DNA of 64,000 bases from Collinsella sp. (GTDB lineage Bacteria > Actinomycetota > Coriobacteriia > Coriobacteriales > Coriobacteriaceae), in contig JAHYYK010000004.1 in assembly GCA_019425005.1 (NCBI GenBank), positions 626 through 64,625 on the forward strand. Reading direction: 5' to 3'. Each line of letters begins with the position of its first letter. Within the stretch, counting starts at the first letter, position 1. The notes under the pieces are model-generated. The model saw nothing but the letters and a program-made list of their open reading frames with translations, was not told the DNA's origin and ran no database searches. The translations under genes were made by a program, and so were the position numbers. Below are positions 1 through 12,026 of this stretch, piece after piece.

Positions 1-421
1 CCTCGACAGTGCGCTTGACTTGCGGAATATAGGCAGCGATCTCACGCTCGACACCCAGCACGCCATCGATGACCGCCACGATGCCGTCCTCCTCGTCGGC
101 CTTCACAAAGGCAGCGACCTCGGGCAGCTCGTCAGGCAGGTCGTCGCCATAGCGCGACGGCACACAGCCACACATGACGATGGGACAAGAACGAACGCCG
201 TCCTGAACCTCGTTGGCGAGCTCGAGCGTGGTCTCGATGCTCTCGGACGTTGCGGAGGCGAGGAACGAGCATGTATTGACGATGGCGATATCGGCATCCT
301 GTGGGTCGAATGCCTCCTCGTAGCCCGCGGCGGTTAAAAGAGAACGCATGCGGTCGGTGTCAACCTCGTTCTTAGCGCACCCGAGGGTGATGTAGAGCAC
401 GGAGCCCAACGGTGTATCCAT
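1..421 (-). CDS. rimO: Ribosomal protein S12 methylthiotransferase RimO, N-terminal part (runs off window)
   Basis: Manual translation from ATG at 421: MDTPLGSVLYITLGCAKNEVDTDRM...VNTCSFL..ESIET, the methylthiotransferase N-terminal (UPF0004) motifs; lies downstream of ftsK/rodZ. Confidence 0.85.
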   Translation of the reverse strand, partial: MDTPLGSVLYITLGCAKNEVDTDRMRSLLTAAGYEEAFDPQDADIAIVNTCSFLASATSESIETTLELANEVQDGVRSCPIVMCGCVPSRYGDDLPDELPEVAAFVKADEEDGIVAVIDGVLGVEREIAAYIPQVKRTVE

Positions 422-448
422 GTTGGAGAGCAGTCCTTTCGAATGATA

Positions 449-946
449 TTAGCGGTAGTTGGTGAACTGCAGCGGCTGGCCGTAGTCCTGGTCGCGCAGG
501 AACTGGATAACGGTCTGCAACGCGTCCTTCGAAGCAGAGGAAACACGCAGCTTCTCGGCCTCGATGGTCACCTTGACCTTGAGCTTTTGGTCCTTGATGT
601 CCTTATTGATCTTCTTGGCGGTCGCCTGGTCGATACCCTCGACGATATGGCCGAGCACGCGCACGGTGCCGCCCGATGCCGCCTGCGGAGCATCCCACGA
701 GACAGCCTTGAGGTCGATGCCGCGCTTGATGAGCTTGGAGCTCAGGACATCGATGATCTGCTTGGAGACAAAGTCGGCCGGGGCGTTGATCGTAAAGAGC
801 TTGTCGCCCTTCGAAAGCTCGATCGTGGCGCCGGAATCCTTCAGGTCATAGCGCTGGGAAATCTCGCGCGTGGTCTGCTGGAAGGCGTTGTCGACCTCTT
901 GCATGTTGACCTCGGACACGACGTCGAAGCTGGAATCTTTAGCCAT
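449..946 (-). CDS. yajQ: YajQ family nucleotide-binding protein
   Basis: SSFDVVSEVNMQEVDNA...RYDLK...LQFTNYR family signature. Confidence 0.95.
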   Translation of the reverse strand: MAKDSSFDVVSEVNMQEVDNAFQQTTREISQRYDLKDSGATIELSKGDKLFTINAPADFVSKQIIDVLSSKLIKRGIDLKAVSWDAPQAASGGTVRVLGHIVEGIDQATAKKINKDIKDQKLKVKVTIEAEKLRVSSASKDALQTVIQFLRDQDYGQPLQFTNYR

Positions 947-972
947 GATGTTTCCTTTCGCGTACGAACGGC

Positions 973-2466
973 TTAGTAGCTATCGTACGAATAGTCGGTA
1001 GAATCGGTGGGCGTCTGGCCGTCAGTTGCGGTATCGGCGCCATCCGTGGACTGGGCATCGGTGCCGTCGGTGGTGTCGGCACCATCAGAACTTTCACCAT
1101 TCTCGGAATCAGTCGTCTCCTTCTTGGGAACGGTGATCGTCACGCGCGCCACGCCCGAGGTCTTGGTATCGTAACGGACCTTTTCGCCGTTCTTGGTAAC
1201 GGTGACATCGGAAGGCTTAGACGTGGTGATCTCGATCGAGGACTCGGGCGTGTACTCCTGCTCAAAGGGGCCAGTCGCCTGAGCGCCATAGACCGACTTT
1301 CCGTCGACCTTGACCTCAATCCACGCGGTCTTTCCCTTGGCAACGGAGACCTTAACCTTTGTGACCTCGTTCTCTTCCTTCTTGGCCGTCGTCTTGGCGG
1401 CGTCCGAATCAGTCGACTCGTCAGTCGGCTCATCGGTGTCTTCGTCCTCGTCGACCGTTTCGGTCTTCTTAGAAGACTTCTTGGTCGTCGTCTTGGTAAC
1501 AGCGGGCGTCTCGGGCGTGGTCTCGGGCGTCGAAGATGCGCAGCCGCGCAGAAGTACCACGATGAGCACGATCAGCAGCAACGCCACGGCACCGATACCG
1601 GCGTAGACGATACGCGGATCGAGCCCGTTGTTTTGAGGAGCACGGGAACCGCCGCGTCCACGACTGGAACTGCTGCGGCCGCCTCCCTGAGGCATACGGC
1701 CACGATTGCTATCGGAACGGCCGCAATAGCCACCCTGGCCCTGAAGGCTGCGCTGACCCGAGCGGGGCGCAAGTTCACCGCGGCCTTGATAGCCACGCTG
1801 GCCCGCACGCGGAGCCGAAGAGCGCTGGCCATACGGCTGTGGTTGAGAGCGAAGACGCGGCGTCACCTGCGTGGTATCGGCGTCCGCATAGCCACTGCGA
1901 GAGCGTCCGGTGGAGATACCACGGTGACCGCGATCGGAATAGCCGCCGTCGCCGTAGCCGGCACGAGGGTCACGCGCCACGCCGCGGGCAGCGGGAAGTG
2001 CACGGTCCTCGGGCATCGGCGTACTGCGGAACCGGTCACGCTGCGAGCGAATCTCCTCGCCCGAACCCGTCTCGGTAATATAACCGGCCTGCTGAGGACG
2101 CTGTCCATAGCGAGTCGAACGACCGCCCTGAACCATCAGAAAGCGCCCGTTATCGACAGAGGAACGCGAATTGACGTAGCCGGCGGCGTCCTGGAAACGA
2201 CCGCCCTGCTGCGACGTCTCGCGTTCGTATGCCATCAGTTCGTCAAAGTAGGCATTGACGACCTCGCGCGGATTGAGGCCCAAAAAACGAGCATAGCTCG
2301 AAATCATGCCCTGCGCATAGCCGCGCGGCGGCATCGAAGCAAAGTTACCGGTCTCGAAAAACTCGATGATCTGCGGCCTGATTTTGATGGTGTTGGCGAC
2401 CTGCTGAATGGAAAGGCCCATTCGGCGACGCTGCTCGAGCAGCATGTCACCAAAGCGTGCAGCCAT
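973..2466 (-). CDS. rodZ: RodZ-like membrane protein (HTH, disordered linker, TM helix, DUF4115-like C-terminus)
   Basis: N-terminal HTH with YARFLGL motif, one TM segment, AWIEVKVDGK C-terminal domain; downstream of ftsK. Confidence 0.75.
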   Translation of the reverse strand: MAARFGDMLLEQRRRMGLSIQQVANTIKIRPQIIEFFETGNFASMPPRGYAQGMISSYARFLGLNPREVVNAYFDELMAYERETSQQGGRFQDAAGYVNSRSSVDNGRFLMVQGGRSTRYGQRPQQAGYITETGSGEEIRSQRDRFRSTPMPEDRALPAARGVARDPRAGYGDGGYSDRGHRGISTGRSRSGYADADTTQVTPRLRSQPQPYGQRSSAPRAGQRGYQGRGELAPRSGQRSLQGQGGYCGRSDSNRGRMPQGGGRSSSSRGRGGSRAPQNNGLDPRIVYAGIGAVALLLIVLIVVLLRGCASSTPETTPETPAVTKTTTKKSSKKTETVDEDEDTDEPTDESTDSDAAKTTAKKEENEVTKVKVSVAKGKTAWIEVKVDGKSVYGAQATGPFEQEYTPESSIEITTSKPSDVTVTKNGEKVRYDTKTSGVARVTITVPKKETTDSENGESSDGADTTDGTDAQSTDGADTATDGQTPTDSTDYSYDSY

Positions 2467-5246
2467 CAGAATCCTCCAAACTCACGATCTTCACGTGCCA
2501 TCTCGGCGTCGACAGATTCCAGCGCGGCAAGCCCCTCCTCGTCCAACAGGACCTCGCGCGGCTTGGAACCGTCGGGCGGGCCGACGACACCCTTTTCTTC
2601 CAGCATGTCCATAATACGCCCGGCACGCGCATAGCCAACCTTCAGGCGGCGTTGCAGGCCAGATGTGGAGCCAAGCTGCGATTCCACCACAATATGGGCG
2701 GCTTCCCAAATGAGTGGATCATCGTCTTGCGGCTCGGCGACTCCGGTGCGGACAATGCCGCCGCCACCAGCCATGGACATGGAAGCGGGCGCCACGGCGG
2801 ACAGAATCTCCTCGTGGTAGTCGGGCTCGCTCTGCGACTTGACGAACTCGACAATCTCGTTGATTTCGTCGTCCGAGACAAAGCAGCCCTGGATACGGCG
2901 GGGCTTGCCCCAGTCGACCTTGGAGAACAGCATGTCGCCCAAACCGGTGAGCTTCTCGGCACCCATCTGGTCGATGATGACGCGCGAGTCGATGCCCGTG
3001 GCGACGTTAAAGGCGATGCGGTTGGTGATGTTGGCCTTGATGAGGCCCGTCACCACGTTGGAGCTGGGGCGCTGCGTGGCCACGATAAGATGAATACCGG
3101 CGGCACGGCCCAGCTGTGCAATACGCACGATCGAGGCCTCGACATCCTTACCGGCGACCATCATCAGGTCCGAAAGCTCGTCGATGATGATGACCAGGTA
3201 GGGCATCTTTTGCGGCGGGTTGTCGTAATGCTCAAACTCGCCGGCGGCCTGCTTTTCGTTATAGGTCGAAATCTTACGGACGTTGAGGCGTTCGAATACC
3301 TTCAGGCGGCGCTCCATTTCGGACACGGCCCACTGCAGGGCGCTCGCGGCCTGCTTGGGCTCGGTCACCACGGGCACATAGAGATGCGGCAGACCGTTAT
3401 AGCCCGCAAGCTCGACGCGCTTGGGGTCGACCATAATCAGGCGAACGTCCTCGGGAAGGGCGCGCATGAGCAAGGTCGTGATGATGGAGTTGATCATCAC
3501 CGACTTACCAGAACCAGTCGTACCGGCGATCAACAGGTGAGGCATCTTGGCGAGGTCGGCGACGACCGGCGTGCCCTCGGCGTCACGGCCGATAGCGAGC
3601 TCGAGCGGACCGCCCTTCACATAGGGCAGCACGTCGCCCAGATTGACGTTCTGGCGCTTGCGGTTGGGAATCTCGATGCCCACGAGCGAGGTGCCGGGGA
3701 TCGGGGCAAAGATACGCACCGACTGGGCAGCGAGCGAAAGCGCGATATCGTCCTCGAGGCTCGAGATTTTGCTCACACGCTCGCCCTCACCGGGCTGCAG
3801 CTTAAAGGTCGTCACCGTGGGGCCGGCGATCCAGCCGACCACGCGGGCACTGCGGCCAAACTCAAGCAAGGTGGATTGCAGTGACTCAGCGGTCTGCTCC
3901 AGCTCCTTGTCCGAAGACGCAGCGGAAGCCGACTGCGGGTTGGCATGCAGGATTTCGAGCGGCGGAAGCTTGAGGCCGTCCTCTTCTTCGCCCTCGGCGT
4001 CAGTTGCGGTGTCGCTCGCTCCCCCATTGTCAGCCGCAACAGGAGCGGCAGAGGCCGTAGAGGTTGAGGCGTCAGCGACCTTGGGGTGCTTCAGGAAGTC
4101 GGGGATCTGGGGGGCGGCCGAGACGGGATTCACGGAAAACGGCGGCTCGGACTCGTCAACCTTGTCCGGATCGTCCTCCATCGAAAGCTGTCCGGTGACC
4201 TGGCCGCGCTTTGCATGGCGACGCGGCAGCAAAGTTGTCTTTGCGGTCTCAATCGGAGCCTCGTCGTCCTCGTCATCGCCCTCGGTGAGCTCAATCTCGC
4301 TATCGGACCAAGACGGGTCGGGCTCACTCGTATTGAGCTTGGGAACCGTCTTGCCCTTCTTGGCATGACGGCGCGGCAGCAGCGTGGTCTTGGCCCGCTC
4401 GGCTTCAACCGACTCGGATACGTCGACAAACGGGTCATCGTCCTCGTCGTCATCAAAAACCGGGTCGACATCGCCACCCATGACCGTGGTCACCGCGGCG
4501 TCAGTCCCCTTCTGGCGCAAAATGCTCAGGTGCGGACGAGCGACGCCGGGAACAGACAGGGCCTCTTCATCGCCCCACGGGCTCGCATTGACATCGGCAC
4601 GTCGACGCTCGGCAAAATCGGCAGCGCGATCGCGTGCGGAGCGCAAAACGCCACCCACCGAAAAGCCGATAATGACCAAACCAACGACGACAAGCCCCAG
4701 CAAGACAACCATGGCGATAGGTTTACCCAAGGCGTTTTGCAAGGCACTTGCGATAAAGGCGCCAATGTAGCCGCCCGACACGGAAAGGTTCTGCGGCGTA
4801 AACATAAGGTCGCACGAATCGCTCGTGCCCGGCACCATCAGCGAAAGAATGGAGACGACGGCGATAAAGACCAAGGCGCCGCCCGCAACAGAGCGCACGT
4901 TGAGCGGCGAGTCCTCACCCAAAAAGAGCGTGGCGGCAAACAGCAAGATGACGATCGGCAGCACGTAGGCGCCCAGACCAAAGCCCAGGTGGTAGAAACC
5001 GGCAACCGCAGCCGTCACGGGCGCTGTTGCCGGAGAGATCACGGCAATGAAGGACGCGATCGCCAAAACGGCGATGACCACACCGGCGATATCGCGATTG
5101 GCCGAAGGCTCGACCAGGGGCTCAAACTCATCAAACTCGGACTCGTGGCCCTTATTGGCACGCAGATGGGAACCGGCACCCTTAGCAGATGCCGGTTGGT
5201 TATTGGCCTTATTGCCTTTGGCGTTTTTTGCAGATCCGCGCGCCAA
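2466..5246 (-). CDS. ftsK: DNA translocase FtsK
   Basis: N-terminal TM helices, PHLLIAGTTGSGKS Walker A, VDPKRVEL, gamma domain LQRRLKVGYARAGRIMD. Confidence 0.97.
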   Translation of the reverse strand: MARGSAKNAKGNKANNQPASAKGAGSHLRANKGHESEFDEFEPLVEPSANRDIAGVVIAVLAIASFIAVISPATAPVTAAVAGFYHLGFGLGAYVLPIVILLFAATLFLGEDSPLNVRSVAGGALVFIAVVSILSLMVPGTSDSCDLMFTPQNLSVSGGYIGAFIASALQNALGKPIAMVVLLGLVVVGLVIIGFSVGGVLRSARDRAADFAERRRADVNASPWGDEEALSVPGVARPHLSILRQKGTDAAVTTVMGGDVDPVFDDDEDDDPFVDVSESVEAERAKTTLLPRRHAKKGKTVPKLNTSEPDPSWSDSEIELTEGDDEDDEAPIETAKTTLLPRRHAKRGQVTGQLSMEDDPDKVDESEPPFSVNPVSAAPQIPDFLKHPKVADASTSTASAAPVAADNGGASDTATDAEGEEEDGLKLPPLEILHANPQSASAASSDKELEQTAESLQSTLLEFGRSARVVGWIAGPTVTTFKLQPGEGERVSKISSLEDDIALSLAAQSVRIFAPIPGTSLVGIEIPNRKRQNVNLGDVLPYVKGGPLELAIGRDAEGTPVVADLAKMPHLLIAGTTGSGKSVMINSIITTLLMRALPEDVRLIMVDPKRVELAGYNGLPHLYVPVVTEPKQAASALQWAVSEMERRLKVFERLNVRKISTYNEKQAAGEFEHYDNPPQKMPYLVIIIDELSDLMMVAGKDVEASIVRIAQLGRAAGIHLIVATQRPSSNVVTGLIKANITNRIAFNVATGIDSRVIIDQMGAEKLTGLGDMLFSKVDWGKPRRIQGCFVSDDEINEIVEFVKSQSEPDYHEEILSAVAPASMSMAGGGGIVRTGVAEPQDDDPLIWEAAHIVVESQLGSTSGLQRRLKVGYARAGRIMDMLEEKGVVGPPDGSKPREVLLDEEGLAALESVDAEMAREDREFGGF

Positions 5247-5247
5247 A

Positions 5248-6918
5248 CTAAACCTCCATGACGACCGGGATGATCATCGGACGGGTGCGCGTACGGCTCC
5301 AGATAAAGTTAGAGAGCGAATCGCGCACGGCCTTGCGAATGGCATCGGAACCGCTGCTGGTAAAGCTAAACTTACCCTTCTCGATCGTCTTCATAATGGA
5401 CGCGGAGGCATCCTCGGAGAACTGGTCGTCGATGGCAAACGAGACGCCGCGGCCCGAGAACTCGATGGCCTCGATCTTCTTGTGTTTGAGGGAGACGATG
5501 GCAACGGCCGTGACCATACCGTCGTTGGCGAGCTTCTGGCGATCGCGCAGGACGATGGGGTCGGTATCGCCGATACGCAGGCCGTCGACGTAAACGACAC
5601 CGGACTCGACGGGCGTACCGCGCTTGACGATACCACCGCGCATCTCGAGCGTGTCGCCGTTATCGAGGATAAAGATATGATCGTCCTTGATGCCCATCTT
5701 GCGGGCCAGCTGGGCATGGGCGCGCAGATGCACGGCCTCACCGTGAACCGGCATAAAGTACGTGGGCTTGGCCATGGCCATCAGGAGCTTGAGCTCCTCC
5801 TGGCTACCGTGACCCGAGACGTGGACGAGAGCGCGGTTCTTATCCCACACGTCGCAGCCGAGCTTGGCCAGGCTGTTGACGACCTGCTGGACGGCCTTCT
5901 CGTTGCCAGGAACGGGAGTTGCCGAAAGGATAACGGTATCGCCCTCGTGGATGGAGAGCGTCTTGTGCTCGCCATTGGCCATGCGGGACAGGGCCGACAG
6001 CGGCTCGCCCTGCGAACCAGTGCACATGACGACGATCTTGTCGTCAGGCAGGTTATCAATATCGAAGGCATCGATGATATCGGCATCATCGATGTTGAGA
6101 TAACCGAGCTCGCGCGCCACGCGGGTGTTCGTGAGCATGGAGCGACCGGTCACAACGACCTTACGGCCGCACTTGCGGGCGGCATCGCAGATCTGCTGCA
6201 AACGATGGATGTGGCTCGAGAACGATGCGACGAACACGCGACCCGGGGCGTTCTTGATGGCGTGCAGCAGGTTGGGACCAACCTCGGCCTCGGACTTGGT
6301 AAAGCCGGGAACCGTGGCATTAGTGGAGTCGGAAAGCAGCAGGTCGATGCCCTGCTTGGCAAAGCGGCTGATAGCGGCATAGTCGGGCGTGACGCCATCG
6401 ATGGGCGTCTGGTCGAGCTTAAAGTCGCCGGTGTGCATAACGGTGCCCTGATTGGTGCGGATGAACACGCCCAGAGCGCCGGGGATGGAGTGCGTCATCG
6501 AGAAGAAGTCGAGAGAGATGCCGCCGAGGTTGACATGACTACCGCCCTTGACCTCGCGGAACTTAGGTGCGCGGATGCGGAACTCGGAAAGCTTGCCCTC
6601 GATAAAGCCAAGCGTCAGCTTGCTCGAGAAGATGGGCACCTTATTATTGAGGTCCTGCAGCAGATACGGAAGCGAACCGGTGTGGTCCTCGTGGCCGTGG
6701 GTGACGATGATGCCGCGGAGCTTCTCCTCGTTCTCCAGGACATAGGTGTAGTCGGGAAGCACCAGATCGATACCAGGCTGGGAGTCATCCGGGAACATGA
6801 GACCGGCGTCGACGAGCACCATGTCGTCGCCACACTCGAAGACCGTCATGTTCTTGCCGATGCCGTCAAGACCGCCGAGCGGAATGATCTTCAAGGGAGA
6901 TGATTTTTTAGCTGCCAT
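5248..6918 (-). CDS. rnj: Ribonuclease J
   Basis: PLGGLDGIGKNM, THGHEDH metallo-beta-lactamase motif, HVSGH, PVHGE. Confidence 0.97.
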   Translation of the reverse strand: MAAKKSSPLKIIPLGGLDGIGKNMTVFECGDDMVLVDAGLMFPDDSQPGIDLVLPDYTYVLENEEKLRGIIVTHGHEDHTGSLPYLLQDLNNKVPIFSSKLTLGFIEGKLSEFRIRAPKFREVKGGSHVNLGGISLDFFSMTHSIPGALGVFIRTNQGTVMHTGDFKLDQTPIDGVTPDYAAISRFAKQGIDLLLSDSTNATVPGFTKSEAEVGPNLLHAIKNAPGRVFVASFSSHIHRLQQICDAARKCGRKVVVTGRSMLTNTRVARELGYLNIDDADIIDAFDIDNLPDDKIVVMCTGSQGEPLSALSRMANGEHKTLSIHEGDTVILSATPVPGNEKAVQQVVNSLAKLGCDVWDKNRALVHVSGHGSQEELKLLMAMAKPTYFMPVHGEAVHLRAHAQLARKMGIKDDHIFILDNGDTLEMRGGIVKRGTPVESGVVYVDGLRIGDTDPIVLRDRQKLANDGMVTAVAIVSLKHKKIEAIEFSGRGVSFAIDDQFSEDASASIMKTIEKGKFSFTSSGSDAIRKAVRDSLSNFIWSRTRTRPMIIPVVMEV

Positions 6919-7106
6919 AGGTTAGTGTGGTTTCCTTTCTTCGAAACGGGTCTGGAACAACCGACGGGGCGCTTCTGGCAAACCGACCGCCGGGAACGTA
7001 CAAACATGCATCATAGAGTCGACGCAGTAACCACAGTATGATACCCATTTGCCCACCAACAGACCACCCATGCATCAAAGCCCCATCTGAACTGGTCCAT
7101 CCCGCC

Positions 7107-7239
7107 GGTTTCCCGTGGGGCGGGCACTGATGAAGTTTCCTGCTCTACAGTCCTGCTCACGACTGAGGCCACATTAAGTGGCCTCCTGTTCGTGCGGAAC
7201 TCGCGATAAACTTCATCAGTGCCCGCCCAACGGGAAACC
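7107..7239. repeat. Structured palindromic intergenic repeat, copy 1
   Basis: ~32-bp near-perfect terminal inverted repeat enclosing hairpin GAGGCCAC-ATTAA-GTGGCCTC; core recurs inverted at 8031-8113. Confidence 0.85.
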
Positions 7240-7293
7240 TGCCAATAAGGGATAGGTTTGTTTTAGTAGGTTTTATCTGCGGGAATGCCGAGG

Positions 7294-7914
7294 CTATGAT
7301 CCAATTGCCTCGTTGTAGGCATTCAGCTGGCCTTGCCAGAGCTTGCGATCGCTGTCGGTAATCTCTCGAATGATATGAGCTGGATTGCCGCCGATGATGA
7401 CGTGGCTTGGAACGTCTTTAACAACAACTGAACCTGAGGCTATGACCACATCGTCTCCGATTGATACGCCCGGATTGATAATCACCCCGCCGCCCATCCA
7501 GACGTTGTTGCCGATTACGACAGGCTTAGCATACTCGAGGTCTAGATTGCGCACATCGGCGTCAATTGGATGCCCAGCAGTAAATATACTCACATGGGGT
7601 CCTAGAAAGACGTTGTCGCCAAAGGTCACGTAATTTTCGTCCAGAATCGTCAAACCGGTATTCGCATAGAAATGGTTACCAAACGAAACCCTGTCGCCGT
7701 GATCAAAATAAACGGGAGCCGTTAAGACCATATCGTCCGGAGCAACGCGAAAACACTTCTTTAGTTCCTCAAAGGCGCTCGAATCAGCCCAACACCCCGG
7801 CTCATTAAACAAATTCTGAGCCGCATGCAACCGTCTAATCGAATGGTCGTTAACCCGATCGGGGCTATAGAGCTCCCAGGGAATCATGCGGTCCCATTCA
7901 ACCTTATTTGTCAT
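7294..7914 (-). CDS. Sugar O-acetyltransferase (Maa/LacA hexapeptide family)
   Basis: Hexapeptide repeats, PVVIGNNVWMGGGVIINPGVSIG, GGNPA; visibly lower GC than neighbours. Confidence 0.9.
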   Translation of the reverse strand: MTNKVEWDRMIPWELYSPDRVNDHSIRRLHAAQNLFNEPGCWADSSAFEELKKCFRVAPDDMVLTAPVYFDHGDRVSFGNHFYANTGLTILDENYVTFGDNVFLGPHVSIFTAGHPIDADVRNLDLEYAKPVVIGNNVWMGGGVIINPGVSIGDDVVIASGSVVVKDVPSHVIIGGNPAHIIREITDSDRKLWQGQLNAYNEAIGS

Positions 7915-8014
7915 GCCAACCCCCTAGGCTAAGCGTTAGATGCGAAAAAGTATATCAACTAAGAACAGAAGACCAGCAAGCTACCAACAGCGTTAACCAG
8001 CCCTTTTGCTTGCG

Positions 8015-8133
8015 CCCGGGAGGGACTCATATGAAGTTTATCGCGAGTTCCGCACGCAAAGGAAAGCACTTAATATGCTCTCCGTGCGAGCAGGACTGTA
8101 GAGCAGGAAACTTTACCTGCGGCCCCGCCGGGA
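8015..8133. repeat. Structured intergenic repeat, copy 2 (inverted relative to copy 1)
   Basis: ATGAAGTTTATCGCGAGTTCCGCACG and GAGCAGGACTGTAGAGCAGGAAACTT match the reverse complement of the copy 1 core. Confidence 0.8.
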
Positions 8134-8137
8134 ATAG

Positions 8138-8172
8138 CAAAAGGGCGACCCCCTTAGGAGTCGCCCTTGTTG
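8138..8172 (-). terminator. Rho-independent terminator of pnp
   Basis: AAGGGCGAC/GTCGCCCTT stem with a T run on the minus strand, just after the pnp stop. Confidence 0.7.
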
Positions 8173-8191
8173 AGCTGCTTATGTACGGCTG

Positions 8192-10438
<2,247 letters not shown>

Positions 10439-10541
10439 TGTTCTCCTTTACCCCACAGGCCCCTTGCCTGCGGGCTTCTCATGTGACGCGGGCCCCCTGC
10501 CCCCGCCACGCTTCAGAGCGCGATTGTTCACGCCCTTACAC

Positions 10542-10573
10542 AAAAAGAGCGCCCCGCTGCGCAGGACGCTCTT
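10542..10573 (-). terminator. Probable original rpsO terminator, now left of the prophage
   Basis: AAGAGCG...CGCTCTT stem with an A run (T run on minus), just beyond the att core on the host side. Confidence 0.5.
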
Positions 10574-10589
10574 AGCATGTACAAATCCT

Positions 10590-10600
10590 TACTGGATGTT
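10590..10600. repeat. att core, left (pnp-side) junction: TACTGGATGTT
   Basis: Identical to 52241-52251, the 3' end of rpsO (AAC ATC CAG TA). Confidence 0.9.
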
Positions 10601-10733
10601 ATGCACGCTAAGGCTCTCATAGGTTAGCATAGTGCTCCATAGTGCAGTTATACGGTTTGTAAGGTCTCCATAGACCCTCATATTTCAGAACTTATGGACT
10701 GAGTTAGGACACGGAAATAACCGCTAGATAAAA

Positions 10734-10769
10734 ATTAACCCCACTTCCGTTATCCGGGAGCGGGGTTAA
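10734..10769. terminator. Terminator at the end of the late/lysis operon
   Basis: ATTAACCCC...GGGGTTAAT inverted repeat with a flanking A tract. Confidence 0.65.
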
Positions 10770-10803
10770 TAACCTCTAACGAGGTTTGTGTTGCACGTTT
10801 ATT

Positions 10804-10902
10804 TTAATCGTCTCGGAACGCGCCCACAAGGCATAGAGCCAAGAAGAAAATCATGCCGCCGAAGGTAGAGCCGAGGATAAAGGCTACGACGATGCCCATC
10901 AT
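10804..10902 (-). CDS. Small hydrophobic phage protein (32 aa)
   Basis: MMGIVVAFILGSTFGGMIFFLALCLVGAFRDD; ATGA overlap with the endolysin stop. Confidence 0.55.
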   Translation of the reverse strand: MMGIVVAFILGSTFGGMIFFLALCLVGAFRDD

Positions 10903-12026
10903 CGGCGTGTGCCGTCAGACACGTAGCATTGCAGGCGGTCAAGCGCATAGCCGTACATGCCTGCGTAGTCATCGCCACCGTAGGTGGAACCATCATCGCA
11001 GACCTCATCCCAGTAGCCAACGTGGGCAACGTCCTGAGAACGGTAATAGACCTGCTTGTAGTCACCGTTAGGCGTGATGTAGTACATCTGAACGCCGTCG
11101 ATGGTCTGGCCCCAGATGCCTGCCATTCCGTTTATGCTGTCGTTGTGGTTGGCGGTCTGAACCCAATCCAACCATCCACTCTCCTTGGTGTGGACGCGAT
11201 AGCGCAAGGTACCGCTATCAACCCATGCAATGAGCATGTCATGGGAGCCGTAAGGCATACCAGCGAAACCCTCGGAGTTGCTGTCATTGAAGTTGGTAAC
11301 GGCATCATTCCACGCGCCGTAGCGGTTGTGCAGCGCGTAGTGGATGTTGACGCTCTTGCCCGTGGACTTCGGGAAACTCGTGCGAGTAGCAGAAGTGGAG
11401 GGCTGATACGTGCCGCCGTTGGCATCGGTTGGTGCGGTCGGTGCGATATAGCCGCTACCCAAGTAGCTAGCGACCGCTTGCACGAACTCATTCCAGCTCT
11501 TGCCGTACTGACGGAAATAACCGTTAGGATCGGTATGGTCGGAGCCGCCCCAGATTCGAGCTGCCTGATAGTGGCTCAAAAGGCGGGACGTATCCCAGCC
11601 ACGGGAGCGCAGTTCATCGCCCGTCCACTTGACCGCTTCAGTCCACTGCTTGGCAAAGTCGGAAGCGTTTGTGGCGTGGGCGAGCTCGATACCGACCGTG
11701 GCGTAGTTTCCATTGCCGACATGCCAGCACAGGCGGTTCTCCGGCACGGTGTTATACACGGTGGAACCGTCCAGCTCCATCACGTGATGGACGGCGTAGG
11801 TATCATTGCCGCGCCAATACAGCACATGATTCCACGCTGACGCACCGGGGTTCGCCGTCTCGTGGATAACCAAGTACTGGGCGTTGAGGTAGCCGTGACC
11901 GTTGCTCACGTAGGCATCTTGGCTCTGATAGGCTTCAGCGCTGAGCGGGGCGGCAAGCGCTGCCACAAGGGCGAGGATAACGGCAAAGATGCTACGAAGC
12001 GGCAGCTTGCGCTTAGTCTCGGTCAT
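10899..12026 (-). CDS. Endolysin: signal peptide, Amidase_2 domain, ChW-like C-terminal repeats
   Basis: LVIHETANP, CWHVGNGN, VGIEL, SDHTDP amidase motifs; AEA cleavage site; YRVHTKESGWLDWV repeat. Confidence 0.9.
   Translation of the reverse strand: MTETKRKLPLRSIFAVILALVAALAAPLSAEAYQSQDAYVSNGHGYLNAQYLVIHETANPGASAWNHVLYWRGNDTYAVHHVMELDGSTVYNTVPENRLCWHVGNGNYATVGIELAHATNASDFAKQWTEAVKWTGDELRSRGWDTSRLLSHYQAARIWGGSDHTDPNGYFRQYGKSWNEFVQAVASYLGSGYIAPTAPTDANGGTYQPSTSATRTSFPKSTGKSVNIHYALHNRYGAWNDAVTNFNDSNSEGFAGMPYGSHDMLIAWVDSGTLRYRVHTKESGWLDWVQTANHNDSINGMAGIWGQTIDGVQMYYITPNGDYKQVYYRSQDVAHVGYWDEVCDDGSTYGGDDYAGMYGYALDRLQCYVSDGTRR

Noticed and set aside
7107..7239. CRISPR array, tRNA or simple terminator
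   Set aside because: Only two distant inverted copies, no spacers and no cloverleaf; too long and complex for a plain terminator
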